Below are positions 1-10,398 of a stretch of 64,000 nucleotides of DNA, one piece after another. The notes under the pieces were generated by a model. That model saw only the letters and a list, made by a program, of their open reading frames with translations. It made no database searches and was not told the DNA's origin. The position numbers and the translations under genes are program-made. Numbering within the stretch: position 1 is the stretch's first letter; each line of letters begins with the position of its first letter. Source of the DNA: a virus; the IMG/VR virus record IMGVR_UViG_3300012988_000001, positions 246,414 to 310,413 of that record; one strand, 5' to 3'.

Positions 1-69
1 AGAAGCTAAAACTGTTCTGTTGGACTTCGATAGCTACATCTCAAAGATTAATAAATTAAGGAATATGTA

Positions 70-2784
70 ATGCCTAGTAAAAGTAAAGCACAAGCTAGGT
101 TCTTTGCAGCGGCAGCACACAACCCAGACTTTGCTAAGAAAGCTGGTGTTAGTACTAAAGCTGCTAAAGAATGGAACCAAGCAGACAAGAAAGCAGGAAC
201 TCTTAAAAAGGGTTCTAAGAAACCTGAACATGTGAAAGAAGAAGTTCTTGATGAAGAACTATTAGATGAAGCTAGTGGGGTTGGTAATTTCCCAGTACCG
301 CCAAGTTCTCTTAAGCTAATGCAAAAATATGCATCTTCAATTGTGTTGACATATGCTTATAAATCATTTCAACAGATGCAACAGAATACAGATGATGAAG
401 TAGATCAATTGGCTGCGAAAAAGGTTCTTCCGTTTCTAAAACGTTTCCAACAGAAATACGGTGCTCAAGTACTAAACGATAATAGTATGCGTAAGTATGT
501 GAACCAAAGTATTAGTATGCCAATCGACCATGCAGCTATTTTCCGGGAACTACCAAAATCACTACAGAATGACATGGTTAAAGTTCTAATTGAAAAGATG
601 CGTGTATTCGTAACATTCGACGCAAAATATTATAACAGCCGTGCTGGTGGTCATGCTAAGAAGATTAACAACACTACTAGTGAAATTGTTCTTGCTCTAC
701 GTCCTCAGTACTTCACATTTTCTTCAACATCCGGTACTGATGGCCTCGATGCAACAATGGAACGTATGGATTATTTCATGGGTTCTCTCGAACACGAAAT
801 GCAACACGCATTCCAAGAAATTGTCACTTCTCAAGTTAGTTCTCGTAAAGATAAGAATATTGAGATGAAGAAAGACTACGGGGATATGGGTGATGCTTAT
901 CACGCAAGTGGGGTTGAATTTGGTCCTCAGACAAAAGACATGATTAACGCTGGTATTTTGTGGTTAGATAACCAGAAAGACCGTGGAGAATTAAGTGGTA
1001 ATGCCAACAGTGATATTAAAGCTGCTATCCAACATGCATTCAAACGTTTAGAACATGGTCAAGGTAAAGTATATCAGGCTCTTAAGAATTACAAAGAAGA
1101 TGCTAATGCTAAAAAGCACATGACTCTAATCTTTAAAGGTCTTATGAAGCACTACCAAGAAATGGAAAATGAAGTTGATTCTGAGTTGGATTTAGATCCA
1201 AAAGAAGTTGACGGTGGTGAATCCCGTCTGTATCATTCCACTTCTAATGGTCCTGATGCAGATTACGAAAGTGATGATCCGATGGTTCAGATTTATCGTG
1301 CTATGGAATCCAAGAACGGTCTTAAACCATATCACGTAGAAGAAGAACGCGAACATGGTGCACCCCGTGATGATTTTGCTAACCCATATAACAAAATGGC
1401 ATCAATGGTGTATGCATTGCGTGATGGTGGATCAGTTCGTTTCATGAAGTACAGAGGTAATATTCGAGTTGACGCGTATCGTGATGGTAAAAGTCCTTCA
1501 CGTGAAGAAGGTGATTGGTTCGAAGAAGAAATAACACAAGAACTACTACCCCAAGCATTGGAAAATATGACTTCGTTCCGTTCATATAATACAATTGAGT
1601 ACTTCTTCGAAGATATTAAGCATAAAGCTAGCCAAATGGACCTAGAAGATATGGCAACTGCTTTCCCCAAATGGTTTGAAGCTGCTAAAGAGTTCTCTGG
1701 TGTTGACGACCCAAATAAGAAACTATCTTATGATTTTGATGAAGGTACTTTATTCTTTAGATTTGCTGGTGCTCGTGGTTCATGGTATATCCAAGATGCA
1801 CATGATGGTAAATGTGTACTAGAAGATAACGAAACTTATGAACGTAAGGGTTATATCAAATATGACGAAGTAGAAGATGTAATGACATTGTTATTCGCCA
1901 TCTATCAAATGGCTACCGACCGTCAAATCAATCGTGTAATGAAAAATATCAACGAATTGAATATTACTGTTGACTCGTTATCAAATACATGGGAATATGT
2001 ACAAGAATCATCTAAAGCACCAGTTGAAGAATCTTCAATGCGTGGTATGATGGATTTAGTACAAGATGCTGAAATTGCAGATGGTATAGATCAAGCAAAT
2101 AAAAGTACTGATGTTGCTAGAATGGCACAGAAGAAAAAAGATGATAGAATGAATTCATTAAATCAGCTAGGTGAAGAAGAAGAGTTTGATTTACAGGGTA
2201 AGCCTGTTAAACCCGGACAAAAATCAGCAGATGTACATGCTGGTACAAGTACTGAACGTGAGGTTAAACTAGACGAAATGCCAATGCGATTTGATTCATT
2301 CCAAGGCCAAAATGCTGATGAGTTCGTTGACAAAACAGCAGAAATGACAGGTAAAGCAAATCTAGTTCCATTCTCTGAACACGATACTTTCACTGTAATG
2401 CGTAACAAGAGTTACACTGGTTTTATCGCATTTGATAAACAAGGTAAACAAATTGCAGTTGTAAGTGGTCACCTTTCGGATGATGCAGTACTTGGTGTTA
2501 AGAACGTATTTGAAATTGCGGCGACGGCATCTAAATCAACAGTGAAAGGTGTTATGTATCAAATCTTCATGGATATGACTAAAGCTGGGATTTCAATACT
2601 AAGTGATAAATTACATACAGATAGTGCTATAAAATTCTGGACTCGTCTAATCGGTTCGAATGAAGTATATATCGTAGGTGGTGGTGAAGTTCTTGCAAAA
2701 GCTACACCAGAGAAAATCCACAAATACTGGAGCGATGATGAAAACAGCCCAAGTGCTGAACTTCAACTGCTTCTCGTGGGCTAA
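70..2784 (+). CDS. large hypothetical protein (904 aa) with basic K/A-rich N-terminus and an HEXXH motif (SLEHEMQHAF)
   Basis: Long uninterrupted ORF, RBS-like AAGGA upstream of ATG at 70. The HEMQH motif is visible in the translation. No family recognised. Confidence 0.5.
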   Translation: MPSKSKAQARFFAAAAHNPDFAKKAGVSTKAAKEWNQADKKAGTLKKGSKKPEHVKEEVLDEELLDEASGVGNFPVPPSSLKLMQKYASSIVLTYAYKSFQQMQQNTDDEVDQLAAKKVLPFLKRFQQKYGAQVLNDNSMRKYVNQSISMPIDHAAIFRELPKSLQNDMVKVLIEKMRVFVTFDAKYYNSRAGGHAKKINNTTSEIVLALRPQYFTFSSTSGTDGLDATMERMDYFMGSLEHEMQHAFQEIVTSQVSSRKDKNIEMKKDYGDMGDAYHASGVEFGPQTKDMINAGILWLDNQKDRGELSGNANSDIKAAIQHAFKRLEHGQGKVYQALKNYKEDANAKKHMTLIFKGLMKHYQEMENEVDSELDLDPKEVDGGESRLYHSTSNGPDADYESDDPMVQIYRAMESKNGLKPYHVEEEREHGAPRDDFANPYNKMASMVYALRDGGSVRFMKYRGNIRVDAYRDGKSPSREEGDWFEEEITQELLPQALENMTSFRSYNTIEYFFEDIKHKASQMDLEDMATAFPKWFEAAKEFSGVDDPNKKLSYDFDEGTLFFRFAGARGSWYIQDAHDGKCVLEDNETYERKGYIKYDEVEDVMTLLFAIYQMATDRQINRVMKNINELNITVDSLSNTWEYVQESSKAPVEESSMRGMMDLVQDAEIADGIDQANKSTDVARMAQKKKDDRMNSLNQLGEEEEFDLQGKPVKPGQKSADVHAGTSTEREVKLDEMPMRFDSFQGQNADEFVDKTAEMTGKANLVPFSEHDTFTVMRNKSYTGFIAFDKQGKQIAVVSGHLSDDAVLGVKNVFEIAATASKSTVKGVMYQIFMDMTKAGISILSDKLHTDSAIKFWTRLIGSNEVYIVGGGEVLAKATPEKIHKYWSDDENSPSAELQLLLVG

Positions 2785-2840
2785 AATTGAAAAGATAAAT
2801 ATTATCGGAAGCATCCCTGTGATGTTTCCGATATTTTTTT

Positions 2841-2869
2841 GAGACAAAGAAGCAAAAATGTGATATAAT
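2841..2869 (+). promoter_or_regulatory. class B-like promoter (GAGACA -35, 17 nt spacer, TGaTATAAT extended -10) upstream of topoisomerase gene
   Basis: gagacaaagaagcaaaaatgtgatataat. It shares the aaaatgtgatataat core with 8 other class B promoters. Confidence 0.5.
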
Positions 2870-2907
2870 AATATGGCAAAGAAACAAAGAGACAAAGGAC
2901 TGTAACA

Positions 2908-4881
2908 ATGACCAAACAAAAGAAATCCTCATCCGTGCTTTCTGAACATGACGTTCAGCGACTAAACGACTATCAACATGCTCGCATCCGTACTGAAATG
3001 TACTTAGGTTCACGTTCTGTTCATGAACACCAAGTAGTTCTTTTCGGAGAAGAAGGTTACAATGTTCAGAATCTAGAATGGGTTCCAGCATTGATTACTG
3101 CATTCCGTGAGATCATTGATAACTCCCTTGATGAGTTTAAAAAAGCTGGAACGAAAGATCCAGTACTAAAGATTGATTACAACGAAGAAGATTTATCATT
3201 TAGTATTAGTGATAACGGTCGTGGTATTCCAATCGATTACGTACCAGAGTTTGATGTACACTTGTGTACTATGGTACTAACAGAGACTAAGACAGGTCGT
3301 AACTTTGACGATTCAAAACGCGAAGGTACTATCGGTCAGAACGGTCTAGGTGGTTCCATTACAATGTGCGTTAGTTCTAAAGCAGAACTAGAGATTCACC
3401 GTGCGGGTCGCCCGTACAAAACAGTAGCATCTAACGATGGCTATGATGGTATCTATAAGTTCACACAGAAGTTTAAAGAAGGCACAATCCTTTTCCCTGA
3501 ACTAGATATTCAAGAACCTAACATTCGTAAGGTTCAAGCGGATAAAACTGGAACTTCTATTAGCTTCACGCTAAGTCCTGAAGTATTCAAAAACCGCAAC
3601 CTACCAACTGCGTTAGTATTCAGTATTCTTAAAGAGATTGCTTCAGCTAACCCAGCTTACAAGATTGTCCTTAATGGCAAGAAAATTGCTGTTAAAAACA
3701 CCCCAGAGAAAACTCTCTTCGGTGCAAACAAAATGATGAGCCTAAACGTCAAAGACGAAAGCATTGGTTTTGATAGTACTTTCTATATTGTCCCAAATGC
3801 TGTCCAAGGTATGAACACCAACTTCCATATGCAAGGTATTGTAAACAATGCTCCAGCATTTGATGGTGGTACACACCTCGAAACGTTCAAGAAGTTCTTC
3901 TCCCTAGGCGTTAGTACTGCTCTTGAGAAAGAAGCAAAGAAACGCAAGATGACACCTAACCGTGCTGATATCGAAGAAGGGCTAATGATTTATAATGTGA
4001 CTACAATGAACGCACCATCGTTCAACTCACAGATTAAATCTAAGCTAACTAACGAAAATGTTATTGCTCCAGTGAAAAAAGCGATGACTCCTGAATTCTT
4101 CGATGAACTTGTTAAAAAGAACAAAGAATGGGTTGATGAGATTTTCACTCGTACTTCAGAGCGTACCAATAAGAAAGATGCTGATGAAGATCGCCGTCTA
4201 GCTAAGAAGTTGCTAAAATCTAAAGTTGCCAAACTACTTGATGCAACTGGTACAAACCGTGAAGAATGTATTCTACTAATTGCAGAAGGTGATTCCGCTG
4301 TTAGTAACATGTCTGCTGCTCGTGATTCCAAGAAGCATGGTATTCTACCATTGCGTGGTAAAATCATGAACGTAAACGGAACGGAGAAAACTAAAGCCCT
4401 AATGGATAGTGATTCCCTAAAGGATATCATGGCATCTATCAACCTAATCCCCGGTCAGAAAGCAGTACGTTCAGAATTGAACTACGGTAAGCTATATATC
4501 TGTGCCGATGAAGATGAGGATGGTAAAAACATTGGTGCGTTAGTAGTTAACTTCCTATTCAAATTCTGGCCTGAACTATTTGAAGACCCAGAAAACCCAT
4601 TTGTATATGTTTTCAAAACACCATTTATTATCCTTGAGAAAGGAAAAGAAAGTCGTTACTATTACGGTCACAATGTGGACGAATATAACCCAGAAGAATG
4701 GAAAGGTTGGAAAGCAACTCGTGCTAAAGGATTGGGTACTCTAGAAAAGAGTAACTTCCGTGATGCATTAACAAACGGCGTAGCAGTCGCTATTATCGAT
4801 GATGGTTCACTAGGGGCAACTCTAGACCTAATCTTTAATAAAGACCGTGCAGACGACCGTAAAGAGTGGATGGAAGAATAA
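2908..4881 (+). CDS. DNA topoisomerase II large subunit (T4 gp39-like, GyrB/ParE-type ATPase plus Toprim, unsplit)
   Basis: 657 aa. The N-terminus MTKQKK...DYQHARIRTEMYLGS matches the T4 gp39 start. GHKL ATPase and Toprim (EGDSA) motifs are present. Confidence 0.85.
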   Translation: MTKQKKSSSVLSEHDVQRLNDYQHARIRTEMYLGSRSVHEHQVVLFGEEGYNVQNLEWVPALITAFREIIDNSLDEFKKAGTKDPVLKIDYNEEDLSFSISDNGRGIPIDYVPEFDVHLCTMVLTETKTGRNFDDSKREGTIGQNGLGGSITMCVSSKAELEIHRAGRPYKTVASNDGYDGIYKFTQKFKEGTILFPELDIQEPNIRKVQADKTGTSISFTLSPEVFKNRNLPTALVFSILKEIASANPAYKIVLNGKKIAVKNTPEKTLFGANKMMSLNVKDESIGFDSTFYIVPNAVQGMNTNFHMQGIVNNAPAFDGGTHLETFKKFFSLGVSTALEKEAKKRKMTPNRADIEEGLMIYNVTTMNAPSFNSQIKSKLTNENVIAPVKKAMTPEFFDELVKKNKEWVDEIFTRTSERTNKKDADEDRRLAKKLLKSKVAKLLDATGTNREECILLIAEGDSAVSNMSAARDSKKHGILPLRGKIMNVNGTEKTKALMDSDSLKDIMASINLIPGQKAVRSELNYGKLYICADEDEDGKNIGALVVNFLFKFWPELFEDPENPFVYVFKTPFIILEKGKESRYYYGHNVDEYNPEEWKGWKATRAKGLGTLEKSNFRDALTNGVAVAIIDDGSLGATLDLIFNKDRADDRKEWMEE

Positions 4882-4932
4882 GTACAGAAGGGGATACAGG
4901 AAGTATCCCCGAAATAACAAAGAGGCAAAGGA

Positions 4933-6354
4933 ATGGCTAAATCAACAAAGAAACAAGAAGCAGCGAACGCTATTATTAACCCAACGCTAACGCTACTACA
5001 ATACAACAGTTCTGATTATATTAACCAATCATCATTGGAATATTCTATCAGTACTCTTGACCGTGCAATCCCCGGTATTGATGGATTGAAAGCATCTCAG
5101 CGTAAAGCAATCTTCACGCTAAGTAAAATCTCAGGCGAGATTAAAACTGTATCCGCAGCAGGGCGAATGATCAGTGACGGTATCTACCTTCACGGTGACG
5201 CATCAGCAGCAGGAACACTACAGAACCTAGCATCACCAGTAGCGAATAACTATCCGCTAATTGGTAAGCGTGGCGGTTTTGGTACACAAGTAAACTCCAA
5301 TCCAGCAAGTGCACGTTATACTTATGTTAAACGTACTGCTGTGACCGAAGCCCTAGTTCTTCGTGATATGGATATTGTACCAATGCAACCAAACTACGAT
5401 GATACAACAATGGAACCAACTTACTTCCTACCTATTATCCCACTATCTTTATTTGGTAACGATAGTATGTCTGTAGGTTATAAGAGTCTCATTCTTCCTC
5501 ATAAAATCGAGGATATCATTGACAACTGTATTCGTGCAGTTAATAATAAACCTCTCGAAAAAATGACTCCGTATTTTGTATCTGTTGGTGCAAGTGATCA
5601 AGTTACTGAGCTAGACGAGAACAAATATGAATTTTATGGTCAGGCAGAAGTAATTGATGCCAGTACTGTAAGAATCCTAGGTCTACCACCTCGTGTCAAA
5701 ATTGACAAATTCATTGAGAAACTAATCGCAATGGAAGAGAAAGGTGAAATTCGTGATTATGATAATGATAGTACTGATACTATTGATATCACGATTAAAC
5801 TTCCACGTGGTACATCTGCAAAATGGAAAGAAAAAGATGTAATTGACTATTTTGGTCTAAGCAGCAAATTGACTCAAGCACTTGTAGTACTAGGTGAAAA
5901 TGGTCGAGTTAAAGTGTATAATAACACTTCTGACTTGATTAAAGATTTCGTTCACTTCCGCTTCAAGTTCTATGTGCGTCGTTATGAGCATCTACTTGCC
6001 AAAGCTGAAGCTGAAGTGCGTTATAAAGCTCTAGTAGCTAAATGCTTTGAGAATGAAATGGTAACTAAAATCAAAGATTTCAAGAACCGTCAAGAACTAG
6101 TTAACTTCGTAACTTCTCTAAATGATGACATTGAAGCAACTGATGACAATATTCAAAACATCGTGAACTATGCTTCTTATCGTTGGACTCAAGAGAACTA
6201 CGACAAGACACTAGAAGAAATTCAAGAAGCCCTAGCACTAATGGATGAATACCAATCTCTTTTGGATAACCATGAAGAGATTTGGAAGATTTACGGTCAA
6301 GAGCTAAAAGAACTTCGCAAAATGGATTGTACTCCAAAAGCAGATACTAAATAA
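4933..6354 (+). CDS. DNA topoisomerase II medium subunit (T4 gp52-like, GyrA-type breakage-reunion domain)
   Basis: 473 aa, immediately downstream of the gp39-like gene. The AIPGIDGLKASQRKAIF motif corresponds to the GyrA N-terminal helix and active-site region. Confidence 0.8.
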   Translation: MAKSTKKQEAANAIINPTLTLLQYNSSDYINQSSLEYSISTLDRAIPGIDGLKASQRKAIFTLSKISGEIKTVSAAGRMISDGIYLHGDASAAGTLQNLASPVANNYPLIGKRGGFGTQVNSNPASARYTYVKRTAVTEALVLRDMDIVPMQPNYDDTTMEPTYFLPIIPLSLFGNDSMSVGYKSLILPHKIEDIIDNCIRAVNNKPLEKMTPYFVSVGASDQVTELDENKYEFYGQAEVIDASTVRILGLPPRVKIDKFIEKLIAMEEKGEIRDYDNDSTDTIDITIKLPRGTSAKWKEKDVIDYFGLSSKLTQALVVLGENGRVKVYNNTSDLIKDFVHFRFKFYVRRYEHLLAKAEAEVRYKALVAKCFENEMVTKIKDFKNRQELVNFVTSLNDDIEATDDNIQNIVNYASYRWTQENYDKTLEEIQEALALMDEYQSLLDNHEEIWKIYGQELKELRKMDCTPKADTK

Positions 6355-6360
6355 AAATCA

Positions 6361-6390
6361 AAGGACGCACTTCGCGTCCTTTACTATTAT
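6361..6390 (+). terminator. rho-independent terminator
   Basis: aggacgc-actt-gcgtcct hairpin followed by a T-rich tract. Confidence 0.6.
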
Positions 6391-6429
6391 AAATACGTTA
6401 GCTTTTAAACATTTTGGAGAAATTTAATT

Positions 6430-8817
6430 ATGGCAAATTTTGAGCCACGCTGGGACTTGAAAGCTGATTCAACTGTAATGATCGAAGGTCAAACTACATA
6501 TCTAAGAATTCAATTAAGTAAGAATGATGATAGTACTGATAATGTAATAACATTAGGTGATGACCAATATTTGGAACTATCTTTTACGATAGATGGTAGT
6601 GGAGAAACTCTAGAAGAACGAGATTTTGAATTCTCTGTTGGTGAGAGTATGTCTACTTTAGTTCCAATTGAACAAGGAACTACTGGCAACAAACATATGC
6701 TAGGAAATCATACAGTCAAATTAGATAAAAAATCCTTTACCCTCGCGTCAAGTACTGCTAAACTAGACGTGTATCTAATGAAGTTATACTGTGTTGATGA
6801 TGGTGTTTGGGATGGTCCTGAAAAACTTGACTTCACATTCAACACTATGGATATTATAACCGTTGTTGATGACCAGATAGCAAATCAGGAATCATTTGGT
6901 GTATTAGGTAATACTAAAGCAACTATTTCATACAATAATTCTACTGAATATTGGGTTACACCATCTGTCATTGCACGAGGTGAAAAGTACTGTATTGGGG
7001 CTATGGCGTATGGTGCTGATAGTCGTATCTTTGTTGATGCTTATGGTCAATGCAGACGTTACGATAATGCATTGGATGAAAACCTATACCCAGATGATTT
7101 ATCTAACCGAGTATTCTATCCAACATACCAATTACAACCACTTACGTTAGCATCTACCCCAACAGATGGTATTACTGATTTACGAACTGTTTTAGTTCCT
7201 AAAACTGGTGGGTTTAATGAAGAAGTATCGGTTGTTATCCGTGATACACTTGGTAATATGGTTGATTCTGGATTGAAATTTAATGCCAACGGACAACTAT
7301 TACAAACCTTCATTTATGAATCCGAACCAACTGATGGTTATATAAAGGTACGTATCGTCCCATTATCGGCAATTTATCAAGATCCTGCTGATTCATTCCA
7401 AGTAGGTAAACGTTTCAAAGCATACCAAATGTGGATTTGCCCGAATGATACCTCTTATATAAAAGGTGCACCGAAGCCCGGTCATTTATATCAATTGAAA
7501 GATAACGTTGTTTATCCATATGTAATAAAAAATGAGTACATAAATTCAGTTGAATATGCAGTATTTGATGAAACTGCTTGGAATGATCTAGGTGTGTATG
7601 ATGTACGTTTAGGACAAGGTATAATCAACCAAGAACGTCTATTCAGAATATTGGTTAATGCCAGTACTGGAAGTGGTATTGATTTCGAAACTGATGCTAA
7701 TTTGGGAAGAATTCACGTTGGGGAATATTTTGGTCACACTGTATATCCACAAATTAAGGCCAGTGGTTCATTGGTTACATATAGAATAGTACAATCAACC
7801 TCACCTGATGATATCAGAAAATATGGTTTAGATTTAACTGCTGATGGATTAATGGTAGGTACTGCTTATGCTAGAAGTTCGGATTTTAGTGCAAACGATG
7901 ATATTAAATTAGAGTTTGACGTAATAGCCAATGACAAAAGTGGTGCAACGGTTACTAAGAGATTCAACATTACTATTATTCGTGGATTTGGTCAAAACTA
8001 TTTGGGTGCATCTATTTGTCCTAGTAAAACCTTCGAACGATCATGGTTTGCAAGCATAGCTACTGAACTATATTACAATAACAAAACTTATTATCGTGAA
8101 AGTGATGATAGATATGGTTTACAAAAAGTACCTCGCATGTTGTTAAAAGAAAACTTTGTATCACAAAGTTATCCTTATACAACATTAAAAGATATCAAAA
8201 AAGTACTTCAGGATAAACTTGTTGATCCTAACAATGGTGCTCCAGTACCGAATGGTGTTTTCTCACTAGTGATGGGGAATTATAAAATCGTATCGGCACT
8301 TGACAACCTAGGGAATGTGGTGTATGATTTACTTTATCGCGAATTACACCCAGCAGGTACACGTGTGAGTGTGAGTTTGAATCCACGAACATACACCGAT
8401 ACCGATAATGAATTGTTTGCAGAAATCTTTGGTATGCGTCAGAATGTTTTCAAGGCTGTTGGTGAAGATGTAACAAATCTTTATACTGACCCTGATGATT
8501 TGCGTAACCGTGGATTGGTTGTTCCCGCAATTTTAGGTCTATCTGATGAAATGTTAGATACCGTTCCTCGCTTTATGAATCATCCATACGAAGACGATGG
8601 ATTGAAACCTCAATTCATGACTATTATACCAGTAGCATACTTCAAGCCCGGTCAAGCGGAAGCATTCTTTAACCGAATGGTTCAAACTAACGAACATAGT
8701 TCATTGGTAAATACCGAGTTCGAGGTTCATGGAGTAGAATTTACATTCCATACCTCTCAATATGAATTGTATGTTCAAGATAAATTTACAATTCCAATTA
8801 TTGGAAACGCACTATAA
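6430..8817 (+). CDS. hypothetical protein (795 aa)
   Basis: Long ORF with an RBS. No motif recognised. Confidence 0.5.
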   Translation: MANFEPRWDLKADSTVMIEGQTTYLRIQLSKNDDSTDNVITLGDDQYLELSFTIDGSGETLEERDFEFSVGESMSTLVPIEQGTTGNKHMLGNHTVKLDKKSFTLASSTAKLDVYLMKLYCVDDGVWDGPEKLDFTFNTMDIITVVDDQIANQESFGVLGNTKATISYNNSTEYWVTPSVIARGEKYCIGAMAYGADSRIFVDAYGQCRRYDNALDENLYPDDLSNRVFYPTYQLQPLTLASTPTDGITDLRTVLVPKTGGFNEEVSVVIRDTLGNMVDSGLKFNANGQLLQTFIYESEPTDGYIKVRIVPLSAIYQDPADSFQVGKRFKAYQMWICPNDTSYIKGAPKPGHLYQLKDNVVYPYVIKNEYINSVEYAVFDETAWNDLGVYDVRLGQGIINQERLFRILVNASTGSGIDFETDANLGRIHVGEYFGHTVYPQIKASGSLVTYRIVQSTSPDDIRKYGLDLTADGLMVGTAYARSSDFSANDDIKLEFDVIANDKSGATVTKRFNITIIRGFGQNYLGASICPSKTFERSWFASIATELYYNNKTYYRESDDRYGLQKVPRMLLKENFVSQSYPYTTLKDIKKVLQDKLVDPNNGAPVPNGVFSLVMGNYKIVSALDNLGNVVYDLLYRELHPAGTRVSVSLNPRTYTDTDNELFAEIFGMRQNVFKAVGEDVTNLYTDPDDLRNRGLVVPAILGLSDEMLDTVPRFMNHPYEDDGLKPQFMTIIPVAYFKPGQAEAFFNRMVQTNEHSSLVNTEFEVHGVEFTFHTSQYELYVQDKFTIPIIGNAL

Positions 8818-8826
8818 GGAGATAGT

Positions 8827-9135
8827 ATGTTTGATCCACTATTCAGTACTGCGGGAATGTCAGACCGTGAGTTACAACAAAAAATTTTCGATATGAGTGA
8901 ACGTATCAGCCGTGCACGTGCGAGTGGTATTAATGATGATATCATTCAACGTATGTATATGGTTCTACAAGCATGTGATGATGAAGTAATGCAACGTTCT
9001 GCTAGTAAAGAGTATGAAAAATTAGAAGAAGAAGACAAATGTGTTTTTGATTCTGATGAGTACTTAAAAACCGAAGAGGATAAACAGAAAAAACATGAAG
9101 GTCCAAGGAAACAGATATATAAATCAGGATGGTGA
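8827..9135 (+). CDS. hypothetical acidic protein (102 aa)
   Basis: ORF with GGAG RBS (aaggagatagtatg). Confidence 0.4.
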   Translation: MFDPLFSTAGMSDRELQQKIFDMSERISRARASGINDDIIQRMYMVLQACDDEVMQRSASKEYEKLEEEDKCVFDSDEYLKTEEDKQKKHEGPRKQIYKSGW

Positions 9136-9613
9136 TGTACATTGCAATTTAAATGCAGTAGTATACGCTATGAACTGTGGTGCAGACTTACAGTATCTTA
9201 AATTAATGGAGATGGATGAGTTTGAACGTGCCAAGTTCAATGATAATTGTAAGAAATTTGGATTAGAATATAGAATGCTCGATTATACAATTGAGCATGA
9301 TAAAAATCATGAGCTATGGGTCTATGACCCAGCTTATGATAAAATAAACCTTGAGGATTACTTTCTTAACAAATGTTCTAACGAAGAACAAATGGATAGA
9401 GTAAAATATGAATTGGGTTTATATGAAGAATATAACATGACTAAACTACTACGCTGTATGATTTGGCTAGTAGATTACTTCGAAGAAAATAATATCTTTT
9501 GGGGTTTAGGTCGTGGTAGCTCAGTTAGCAGCTACTGTTTATATCTACTCGGTTTGCACTTAGTTGATAGCATTAAATACGATTTAGATGTAAACGAATT
9601 TTTGAAATGGTAA
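9095..9613 (+). CDS. DnaE (Pol III alpha)-like fragment, truncated just before the catalytic PDFDVDF motif
   Basis: 172 aa ORF. ...LLRCMIWLVDYFEENNIFWGLGRGSSVSSYCLYLLGLHLVDSIKYDLDVNEFLKW aligns with E. coli DnaE ...[52 protein letters not shown]. It is followed by a stop codon. Confidence 0.5.
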   Translation: MKVQGNRYINQDGDVHCNLNAVVYAMNCGADLQYLKLMEMDEFERAKFNDNCKKFGLEYRMLDYTIEHDKNHELWVYDPAYDKINLEDYFLNKCSNEEQMDRVKYELGLYEEYNMTKLLRCMIWLVDYFEENNIFWGLGRGSSVSSYCLYLLGLHLVDSIKYDLDVNEFLKW

Positions 9614-9629
9614 AATATAAGGATATATT

Positions 9630-10019
9630 ATGGCTAAACACACTTCCTATCGTGGTCAAAGTATTGACATTGATATGATGAAATATCAAAACCAGCATGA
9701 CCGTGCTTTAGGTAATGCTAATATGAACGCACGTGGTGACAAACTAGGTGCTGGTGGTACTATTGTTAAAACTCGCGAAGAATTAATCGCAGAGCGTGAA
9801 CGACAAATGCAACTACCAGATTATCTACCAGAACATACTAGTCATTCTGTTCAAACACAAAATGCAGTAGTAGAAGATTCTGGATTTGATGATTCTATGT
9901 TTGAAATGCCTGAACAAGAACCCGTAGTGGCTCCAGTGGTTGCTCCAGTTGAAGTACAGGAAGAAGTTCAAGAGAAAGCTGCACCACGCCGTGTACGTGC
10001 TAAGAAAGACGACGAGTAA
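9630..10019 (+). CDS. hypothetical protein with VVAPVVAPV repeat and basic C-terminus
   Basis: ORF with RBS aaggatatattatg. Confidence 0.4.
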   Translation: MAKHTSYRGQSIDIDMMKYQNQHDRALGNANMNARGDKLGAGGTIVKTREELIAERERQMQLPDYLPEHTSHSVQTQNAVVEDSGFDDSMFEMPEQEPVVAPVVAPVEVQEEVQEKAAPRRVRAKKDDE

Positions 10020-10029
10020 GGAGTAAGAT

Positions 10030-10353
10030 ATGGAGTCAAAAAAACTTACTGCTTGCAAAGGAAAAGTACTAGTAACTAACTTAGACAGTGGTGAACAAAA
10101 AACTGCCGCTGGTATTATCATCGGGGATGATGATGGTAAACTACGTGGTGTACGTAGCCGTTGGGCTGAAGTATATAGCGTAGGTGAAGATATTACCGAT
10201 ATACAAGTTGGTGAATGGATTTTGATTGAGCATGGTCGTTGGTCACGTACAATCTATATTGAAGGTACAGCACTAAATTTAGTCGATTATCCAAAAAGTG
10301 TACTATGTGCAGCACCAGAGAAACCAAAGAATTATGTTGGTTTCGGAAAATAA
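10030..10353 (+). CDS. GroES/T4 gp31-like co-chaperonin (Hsp10 fold)
   Basis: 107 aa. KVLVTNLDSGEQKTAAGIII...GDDDGKLRGVRSRWAEVYSVGED..VGEWILIE pattern resembles GroES (VIVKR..ETKSAGGIVL...GEVLAVG...VKVGD.V). Confidence 0.5.
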   Translation: MESKKLTACKGKVLVTNLDSGEQKTAAGIIIGDDDGKLRGVRSRWAEVYSVGEDITDIQVGEWILIEHGRWSRTIYIEGTALNLVDYPKSVLCAAPEKPKNYVGFGK

Positions 10354-10360
10354 TTTTAAT

Positions 10361-10389
10361 GCCCGGAGTTTTCTGGGCTTTCTTTTTGA
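10361..10389 (+). terminator. rho-independent terminator
   Basis: gcccgga-gttt-tctgggc hairpin plus tttcttttt. Confidence 0.6.
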
Positions 10390-10398
10390 AGGTATAAA

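Noticed and set aside
1332-1670. Numerous minus-strand ORFs of 60-155 aa in the six-frame track (for example 1332-1670, 3990-4442, 12450-12839, 57828-58295), each embedded antisense in a + strand gene
   Set aside because: They overlap well-supported + strand genes, lack RBS and promoters, and have atypical composition. All supported genes except one HNH gene are on the + strand.
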